Shown in pieces: positions 57,590 to 64,000 of a stretch of 64,000 bases of DNA. Positions within the stretch are counted from its first letter, which is position 1, and each line of letters starts with the position of its first letter. Both the position numbers and the translations under genes were made by a program. The stretch is from Promethearchaeota archaeon (GTDB lineage: Archaea > Asgardarchaeota > Thorarchaeia > Thorarchaeales > Thorarchaeaceae): assembly GCA_048939765.1 (NCBI GenBank), contig JBHLPF010000005.1, positions 22,375 to 86,374 on the forward strand, read 5' to 3'. A model generated the notes under the pieces. That model ran no database searches. It saw nothing but the letters and a program-made list of their open reading frames with translations, and was not told where the DNA came from.

Positions 57590-58321
57590 ATGAGCAAATT
57601 CCTTGAAGATAGGCGGTTCTATGGATTAGTCGCACTATCACTAATACTAGTGGCCATTGCCATCATAGTGCGGTGGTATGATGTGACACTCAGCATGTAT
57701 ATACTGGGCGGGTCATTGATTTTGATTGCCTTCATGAGTTATCTCCTCTATGGTCCACCGGCAACTGCTCCTGATAGCAGAAAGCCCCGAAAGAAGACGG
57801 TCGAAGAGAAACCCGAGCCTACGCCCGAAGTGCCAGAGTCTAGACCAAGTCCCAAGCCAAAACCAAAGCTAGATCAAAAGCACGCTGAGCGGCATACACC
57901 TGAGGTTATGGAGCCTAAAGTCAGTCTCAAAGAATTACCCATTGAAACCATCGAAGGCATAGGGGAGATATATGGCAGGCTGCTTCGAGCAAAGGGACTC
58001 GATTCTGTTGACGATCTAATCAACGCAGATCCTATTCGGGTAGCTGAAATCACAGATGTAAGCGTTTCAGTTGCCAGAAGATGGATTGCCATGAGCAGAT
58101 TTGCATGGCTTGAAGGCATATCGGAAGAAGATGCCGAAGCAATCGTATTTGCGACTGGCATAAAAACAGTCAAGGCGCTTTCGAGAGCGAATCCCGCAGA
58201 TATGCTTGAGAAAATCAAGAAGGCCTTGGCTGAAGGTGATGTGCGAATCCCTGCAGGATACGAGTTCACAATCGAGATGGCAGAGAGATGGGTAGAATCA
58301 GCTCAAAATGCCTTGGAATGA
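57590..58321 (+). CDS. Membrane-anchored DUF4332-like HhH protein
   Basis: Two TM helices, Pro/Lys linker, IETIEGIGEIYG, LEGISEEDAE, RWVESA. Confidence 0.8.
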   Translation: MSKFLEDRRFYGLVALSLILVAIAIIVRWYDVTLSMYILGGSLILIAFMSYLLYGPPATAPDSRKPRKKTVEEKPEPTPEVPESRPSPKPKPKLDQKHAERHTPEVMEPKVSLKELPIETIEGIGEIYGRLLRAKGLDSVDDLINADPIRVAEITDVSVSVARRWIAMSRFAWLEGISEEDAEAIVFATGIKTVKALSRANPADMLEKIKKALAEGDVRIPAGYEFTIEMAERWVESAQNALE

Positions 58322-58333
58322 TCCCACTCTTCA

Positions 58334-59401
58334 TCAGTCTGCTCTTCCTCTTTGAACGAGAATCAACGCCTCGATGAGTGCAATAAGACCGAATACCACC
58401 GAAAGCATCAGCAAAGCAAGATTCAGAGTTGTTCCTGCCGCTCCAGCTCCCTCAGCCTCAAGACCTGATGTCAAAGCTCCCAAGTTGTAAGTCATCAGCG
58501 CGATATAGTCCGCAAGTTCTTCGAAGAAGATTGCTCTACACCAGACCAGAGGTAGATTATAGTCATTAGCCAACTGCTGAGCATACTCTCCACCTGCTTG
58601 CAGTTTTGCAACATCCGATCCCAGAATAAGACTGACATTCCCCGCACGAATGGCGTCTTGGACTTCAATCAACTCAGTTCCTGAGATGAGGACTTCGTCA
58701 ACTTGTAGGACTGCCTCTACTTGAATACCGAAGGCTTCTGCAATGTATGCCTCGGCGGGAGTCACGACAATCGAATGCATCTGTGTGAATGAATAATCAG
58801 CATCTGCAGAGGCTACCAAATCCATGAATGCCTGAATGTCTTCCGTGAAGCTGTCAAAGTTGTCCTGCCATATTGCTGAGAAGCTTGCGTTGAGTTTGGC
58901 GAAGGCAGAACGAGTCGCATTGGCTACTGCAATTGCATTTCCTGGCAAAAGCCACCAGGCGTGTGGATTACCTTCATGATCATGCTGTGCAATAACGCCT
59001 CCATCATGATTTCCTGGCATATCAGAGAGTCTAGCGCCGAAGTCTTCATAGCTTTCCAAAGCTGAATCGTCATGCAAGGTGAGAAATGGCGTGTCAACAA
59101 CAGATAGAAGATCATCTTCCCATGAAAAGTGTCCAGTCAGGACCAAAAGGTCTGCTTCTTCCGCTGCAGCAATAGCTTCAGGTGAGAGGGATGCTGCATG
59201 GGGTTCAATTCCTTCAGGAAGCATTACAGAAGTGTAGATGTATGATCCTCCGACTCTGTTGACGAGACCTGCAAGAGGGGCAATTGAAACTGCCACTTCC
59301 AGTACTGGCTGTGACTGAGCCATTGCTTCTGGAGCTAAACCAGCCAAAGAGGCAATAACGAGAAATCCAAGAAATACCAATGAGATTCCTTTTCTCTTCA
59401 T
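58334..59401 (-). CDS. znuA: Cluster A-I metal ABC substrate-binding protein with C-terminal TM anchor
   Basis: EPH, ADLLV..G, HDHEGNPHAWW.P. Confidence 0.85.
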   Translation of the reverse strand: MKRKGISLVFLGFLVIASLAGLAPEAMAQSQPVLEVAVSIAPLAGLVNRVGGSYIYTSVMLPEGIEPHAASLSPEAIAAAEEADLLVLTGHFSWEDDLLSVVDTPFLTLHDDSALESYEDFGARLSDMPGNHDGGVIAQHDHEGNPHAWWLLPGNAIAVANATRSAFAKLNASFSAIWQDNFDSFTEDIQAFMDLVASADADYSFTQMHSIVVTPAEAYIAEAFGIQVEAVLQVDEVLISGTELIEVQDAIRAGNVSLILGSDVAKLQAGGEYAQQLANDYNLPLVWCRAIFFEELADYIALMTYNLGALTSGLEAEGAGAAGTTLNLALLMLSVVFGLIALIEALILVQRGRAD

Positions 59402-59472
59402 TCAATCACCTGCTGGGCTTATGCCCAGCTGAGTAGAGGTTCCTTCTCTTGGTTATGGAACATATCCGTAGA

Positions 59473-59500
59473 TTATTAAGTATTGTTAAATAACTAATAA
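59473..59500. promoter_or_regulatory. Candidate NikR-type operator (6-16-6)
   Basis: TTATTA-N16-TAATAA in the divergent promoter. Confidence 0.6.
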
Positions 59501-59512
59501 CCACATTCTGAG

Positions 59513-59914
59513 GTGAACATGATACCGATAGTTGCAATTTCAATGCCTGATGAGGACTTGGCCAAATTGGAGCACCTTCAGAAAGAAGGAGGCTTCTCCA
59601 ACAGATCAGAAGTCGTTCGACATGCCCTTCAGTCACTGCTGGAAGAACATAGAAGTTTGGAGGAGTACTCTGGAGCTGTCACTCTGGTTGTGACTACGAT
59701 GATTGCGCCTGGCGGGAAGGGTGGCCAATTGAGCAGGATTCAGCATTCACATAACAGCCTTATCTCAGCTATGATGCATGCTCATTCTATGGACGGGGCA
59801 TGCGTTGAAATCATGGTCGTAAATGGCGAGGCAAATGAGGCTCGCCAGTTTGTCCAGAAGGTGAGGGCGCTGAAGCAAGTTGTTCGAGTTCAGGTTAGTC
59901 TAGCGGGAACGTGA
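59513..59914 (+). CDS. nikR: NikR-family RHH metalloregulator
   Basis: VAISMP..GFSNRSEVVRHAL; QH..HAH..C.E metal-site residues. Confidence 0.85.
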   Translation: MNMIPIVAISMPDEDLAKLEHLQKEGGFSNRSEVVRHALQSLLEEHRSLEEYSGAVTLVVTTMIAPGGKGGQLSRIQHSHNSLISAMMHAHSMDGACVEIMVVNGEANEARQFVQKVRALKQVVRVQVSLAGT

Positions 59915-59920
59915 ATCACT

Positions 59921-60721
59921 ATGTCTGCACCCTTGATCGAGGCAGAGAATCTCGCAGTGAGATATCCTGACGGGGAGATTGCACTGCATCATGTTAGCTT
60001 CAGAGTAGAATCTCCTACGTTCATGGCAATCATTGGACCAAATGGGTCAGGAAAGAGCACTTTGCTAAAGACCATCTTGGGTCTTATGAAACCGATGAGA
60101 GGTCATGTGAATCTAATGGGGTATAACTCTGAAAAGGAACACTCCAAGATCAGAAGGATGGTCCGCTATGTTCCGCAGCGTGATCGAATTGGATTGAATG
60201 TCCCCATGAAGGTAAAGGATGTAGTTCTCATGGGACGTTTAGTGAAGAAACCTCTGCCGAGGTTGGCATCCAAGAAAGACGAAAAGATTGCCCAAGAAGC
60301 ATTAACTCAAGTTGCGATGGATGGCTATTGGGAACGTCCTTTCCCTGAACTCTCAGGAGGGCAAAGACAACGGGTATTGGTTGCGCGTGCCTTGGCAGGC
60401 GAAGGGCAAGTTCTGATGTTGGATGAGCCTTTGGCAGGTACAGACATGGAAAGTCAAGAGCTGATCGTGGAGGCTCTAGGTCAATATCATCAAGATAATG
60501 ATGTTAGTGTGATAATGGTCACTCATGATCTAAACCCAATACACACGCTAGTACGCGATGTACTCATGCTAAAGAACACCGTCGTTGGTGTTGGCACACC
60601 CTGTGATGTAATGGATCTAGAACTTGTTCAGAAACTCTATGGCCCCACTGCAAAAATAGTAGAACATTCCGGCCATCGCTATTGCCTAACACGTGATACG
60701 GGGGCAGATAGGCATGATTGA
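59921..60721 (+). CDS. znuC: Metal ABC ATP-binding protein
   Basis: GPNGSGKST, YVPQ, LSGGQRQR, LDEP, THDL. Confidence 0.88.
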   Translation: MSAPLIEAENLAVRYPDGEIALHHVSFRVESPTFMAIIGPNGSGKSTLLKTILGLMKPMRGHVNLMGYNSEKEHSKIRRMVRYVPQRDRIGLNVPMKVKDVVLMGRLVKKPLPRLASKKDEKIAQEALTQVAMDGYWERPFPELSGGQRQRVLVARALAGEGQVLMLDEPLAGTDMESQELIVEALGQYHQDNDVSVIMVTHDLNPIHTLVRDVLMLKNTVVGVGTPCDVMDLELVQKLYGPTAKIVEHSGHRYCLTRDTGADRHD

Positions 60722-61655
60722 TGCAATTCTGCTGATACTTGAGAGCCCCTTCATTCAAAGAGCTATCATAGGGGCTCTCATGATCGCAGTGGTTGCGTCA
60801 ACCAGTGGAAGTTTCTTGGTCTTCAGGGGTCTCTCATTCATGACAGCCGGGGTCGCTCATGCAGCCTTAGGAGGCGCCGCCCTGGGCCTCTTTCTGCAAG
60901 CTTCTGGTATTGCGCCTTGGTTTGATCCAATATTCGGCGCATTGATCTTTGCTGTCTTTGTGGCTCTGGTCACCGGCTATGCTGGCGAAACTGGTATCGG
61001 CGAGAAGATGGAGGTAGCAGTCGGCGTTTCTTTTGCATTGTCAATGAGCCTAGCAGTCTTTCTAATGTACTATATTCCTCCTGTCCAAGTCCCAAGTATC
61101 TGGGGCTATTTGGTCGGTGATCTTCTTCTCCTGGACAATCTCGATATTGTGATGTTGTCGGGGACTGCGCTCCTGCTGCTGATACTCACAATACTGTTCA
61201 ACAAAGAATTCATCTACGTAAGTGTTGACATGGAAGGATCTACCGCGCAGGGTCTGAATGCTCGAGCCTACCATTATCTCATGCTGATAACCTCGGCACT
61301 GGCCATTGCGTTAGCTACAAAAGCTGTTGGAGCTATTCTTGTCTATGCGATTCTAGTAGCGCCGGCCGCCGCATCAAATGAGCTTCTCAGCTCAGTTCGA
61401 GGAGTTCTCCTATCCGTCTTCTTTATCGCTCTAGTATCGCAATTCACTGGAATAACTCTCTCTTTGTCTATCAGGACATCACCAAGTGCCGTGGCTGGAA
61501 TATTGGCCGCTCTTTCCTATGTAATCGCGCTTCAAATCAAAAAGATGCGCGACCGCGTTCATCTTGATGAGGAACTGGACGAGCTATTGAAGATGGATGC
61601 AGAAGAGGCTCAACATGCCCATGCCGAGAGTCATGCACATGAACATAGCCACTAG
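60714..61655 (+). CDS. znuB: Metal ABC permease with His-rich tail
   Basis: FIQRA, AHAALGG, YLVGD, VGAILV..APAA; ends HAHAESHAHEHSH; ATG at 60714 overlaps the znuC end. Confidence 0.88.
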   Translation: MIDAILLILESPFIQRAIIGALMIAVVASTSGSFLVFRGLSFMTAGVAHAALGGAALGLFLQASGIAPWFDPIFGALIFAVFVALVTGYAGETGIGEKMEVAVGVSFALSMSLAVFLMYYIPPVQVPSIWGYLVGDLLLLDNLDIVMLSGTALLLLILTILFNKEFIYVSVDMEGSTAQGLNARAYHYLMLITSALAIALATKAVGAILVYAILVAPAAASNELLSSVRGVLLSVFFIALVSQFTGITLSLSIRTSPSAVAGILAALSYVIALQIKKMRDRVHLDEELDELLKMDAEEAQHAHAESHAHEHSH

Positions 61656-61822
61656 AAGCCATAGCCAAGGGAACAATTCAAGGAGTGTCTTCATCCCACT
61701 TTCCACGAGTTTTGGACAAGTCTGCTTGAAGTGGCCTCTGTCAAGGGTGGCTTAGAGCCCTCACCAACAACATTAACTGCTCACTCAACTATCCCCGCAC
61801 TTGTCTGAAGGAGTCATGGACC

Positions 61823-62422
61823 ATGTCCAAACATATCTACACAGGAAAAGGTGACAAAGGCGAAACAGGCTTGTTATCGGGGGAAAGGGTAGGGAAGGAT
61901 AATCCACGGGTGGAAGCATATGGGACTGTTGATGAACTCATCACGGTCCTTGGGATTGCGAAGAGTCACTTGGACATTACGTCTGACCCTATAGCCAAGT
62001 ACATTCATCATATTCAGCAGATTCTCTTCTATGTGGCCGCTGAACTCGCCACCAATCCTGAGAATGTTAATCCAGCTAGTGACATCTTGAGCTTGAAGAG
62101 AGTATCAGAAGACGATGTCACTCAACTCGAGAATATCGCCGATGAGCTCACCAAGGAGTTGCCTCCTCTGTCCAACTTTGTCATTCCTGGTGGTACGCCC
62201 GCCGCCGCTTTTCTTCACCAAGCTCGTACTGTGTGTCGTAGAGCGGAACGTAGAGTCATTACCTTCTCGAGAATTCAGAAGCTCAATCCAGAGCTAGTTC
62301 GCTATTTGAACCGGCTCTCAGATTTGTTGTTTGTGATGGCGAGATATGTAAACCAAGAGAAGGGTGATGGGGACTTCATAATTTCAAGAGAAGGAGTGAC
62401 GCGCCAGACACGCAGAGAATGA
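61823..62422 (+). CDS. pduO: ATP:cob(I)alamin adenosyltransferase, PduO type
   Basis: IYT.KGDKGET, RVEAYGTVDEL, FVIPGG, ARTVCRRAER, YLNRLSDLLF. Confidence 0.95.
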   Translation: MSKHIYTGKGDKGETGLLSGERVGKDNPRVEAYGTVDELITVLGIAKSHLDITSDPIAKYIHHIQQILFYVAAELATNPENVNPASDILSLKRVSEDDVTQLENIADELTKELPPLSNFVIPGGTPAAAFLHQARTVCRRAERRVITFSRIQKLNPELVRYLNRLSDLLFVMARYVNQEKGDGDFIISREGVTRQTRRE

Positions 62423-63696
62423 GAGTAGTGCAAATGCGGTATGAGTGTGTCAAGGCAAAGTCCCTTCTCTCCAAGCCTCTCAAGGCTGATGGGTGGTTTC
62501 ATGTAAACCGGACAATGAACGCATATCGTGGCTGCGAACATGGGTGTGTTTACTGCGATGGGATGTCAGAGCATTATCATGTGGATGACTTCATGACGCA
62601 CATCCGCATTAAGGAAAACGCTCCTGAGATACTTCGTAAAGAGCTCAACAAAGACGGCTATTCTTCACAAAGCGAATTGGAATCTGAAACATTATTGTCA
62701 TTCCTCGATCAGGATGATGCTATTCGAATTGCTCAGAAGGGGCCTCGCAGAAAAGTCATCGGCGTTTGCGGTGGCGTCAGTGATGGATATCAGCCTGCAG
62801 AGAAGGAGCATGAGGTGACACGATCTGTTCTGCATATTCTTCATGACTTTGGCATGCCTGCCTTCGTGCTGACAAAATCCGACTTGGTGTTGAGAGACCT
62901 GGATGTTCTCCAAGAAATTCACAAAGACGCTTTTGCTAACATTATGTTTACAATCACGCTCAACGATGAGGATGTTCAAAAAGTGTTTGAACCCCGAGCA
63001 TCTACAACTTCGGAGCGTTTCAGCGCACTGAAGGAGGTTCGAAAAGCCGGTCTATTTGGTGGAGTCATGGCCACGCCACTGATTCCAGGAATAGGCGATA
63101 GTATTGAGAACATTAGGGGTCTCACTAAGGAAGCGAAGAGGGCAGGAGCCGAGTTCATCCAATTTGGAGGAATGACGCTAAAGCCAGGAAGACAGAAGGA
63201 CTATTTCGTAAATGTAGTGAAGAAGCGGTATCCGAAACAGCTTGAATTGATACGTAGCGTCTATGAAGATGACCACCCCTATGGCCAGCCAAATTTCAGG
63301 CGACTACCAGTCAGCGTTATGACTCTAGGGTATGCTATTTGTAAAGAAATCGGAATCAGCGATCGTTCTATTCGGCATAAGATTCCGCATGAACATGATG
63401 CGAACAATTCAGTTCTCAGTGTTCTGTTGGATATCGTCTTTAGAAGAACAAACAATTTGGGCATGTCATGGAACAGAACGAAGCCCTTCCATGAGCTCGC
63501 TGTTCGGATAGAGAGCGGTGTTGAGAATCTCAAGGCAGTCCGAGAACGTGGCGAGTTGGCGGAATATCTTCACATAAGAGACCAAATGGTTGAAACTGTG
63601 GAGGAGATTCTTGATCGAGGAACCTGCCGAGTCCTTGAAGAGGCTGAAGGTCGCCTAGATGAGGTCTCTCAAAAGCTGATGGAATCACTGTCCTGA
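62419..63696 (+). CDS. SplB/Rv2578c-like radical SAM protein with C-terminal helical extension
   Basis: N.YRGCEHGCVYC, KENAPE.L..EL, SD.YQPAE, LTKSDLVLRDLD, FEPRAS. Confidence 0.88.
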   Translation: MRVVQMRYECVKAKSLLSKPLKADGWFHVNRTMNAYRGCEHGCVYCDGMSEHYHVDDFMTHIRIKENAPEILRKELNKDGYSSQSELESETLLSFLDQDDAIRIAQKGPRRKVIGVCGGVSDGYQPAEKEHEVTRSVLHILHDFGMPAFVLTKSDLVLRDLDVLQEIHKDAFANIMFTITLNDEDVQKVFEPRASTTSERFSALKEVRKAGLFGGVMATPLIPGIGDSIENIRGLTKEAKRAGAEFIQFGGMTLKPGRQKDYFVNVVKKRYPKQLELIRSVYEDDHPYGQPNFRRLPVSVMTLGYAICKEIGISDRSIRHKIPHEHDANNSVLSVLLDIVFRRTNNLGMSWNRTKPFHELAVRIESGVENLKAVRERGELAEYLHIRDQMVETVEEILDRGTCRVLEEAEGRLDEVSQKLMESLS

Positions 63697-63877
63697 CAGT
63701 AGCTCATCATGCCAGATTTTTGCGGGCACTAAGCTAACTCCTACCAATCCTTCGTCTGACTCATCCAGAGTCTTCTTTGATTCACCCTGAACTGCGTTCA
63801 TAGACTTTGCATGTGCGGACCCTTCTGAATAAGATGCATCTCCATAAAGCCGAGTTCCTATTCCTCAAGCCTTTTAG

Positions 63878-63898
63878 CCTAACTAAACGATAGTTAGG
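63878..63898. promoter_or_regulatory. Perfect 8-5-8 palindrome upstream of pirin
   Basis: CCTAACTA-AACGA-TAGTTAGG. Confidence 0.55.
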
Positions 63899-63924
63899 AA
63901 ACTTGAACTAAAGGTGTCTTGTCA

Positions 63925-64000
63925 ATGGCACAAGAACGATTCATCGAGAAAGCCTGGAAAAGCAGACCAACAATGGAAGGAGCAGGTGTACGTTTGAACC
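63925..64000 (+). CDS. Pirin-family protein, 3'-truncated by the window edge
   Basis: MAQERFIEKAWKSRPTMEGAGVRLN contains the pirin N-terminal EGAGV motif. Confidence 0.75.
   Translation, partial: MAQERFIEKAWKSRPTMEGAGVRLN

Noticed and set aside
1-64000. CRISPR arrays, IS/transposases, integrases, rRNA and tRNA genes
   Set aside because: No repeat-spacer periodicity, no DDE/HUH/tyrosine-recombinase motifs and no T-loop/cloverleaf found by eye; a tRNAscan/Rfam run could still find something I missed

Overview
Gene-dense chromosomal window of about 60 CDS from an Asgard archaeon, most likely Thorarchaeia. The lineage is inferred from a gelsolin-X protein, two roadblock proteins, tandem longin-domain proteins, the archaeal thermosome/Rpo6/Cdc48/ThiR set and large Ig-repeat surface proteins. 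I found no rRNA, tRNA, CRISPR array or transposase. The first 26 kb is rich in eukaryotic-signature-like genes. It holds a tandem pair of longin + 2x winged-helix proteins with NPRL2/NPRL3 (GATOR1)-like architecture, convergent on a roadblock-NifB-like radical SAM operon and bracketed by two coiled-coil-wHTH proteins. It also holds an AN1-finger/site-2-protease gene divergent from hsp20-cdc48, where a hairpin appears to sequester the hsp20 ribosome-binding site. A further cluster comprises a poly-Pro-tailed membrane protein, a degenerate gelsolin-like domain, a SNAP/TPR-like protein and a gelsolin-X-roadblock operon. The rest is mostly housekeeping and transport: thiBPQ+ThiR, hisS, thermosome, an HhH-extended Rpo6, AK6, an orphan adenine MTase, SPFH, a NikR-regulated metal ABC transporter, PduO, a radical SAM with a PolX-like tail, and a truncated pirin. 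Several candidate operators can be read directly from the DNA. All family calls come from motif recognition by eye; no searches were run.
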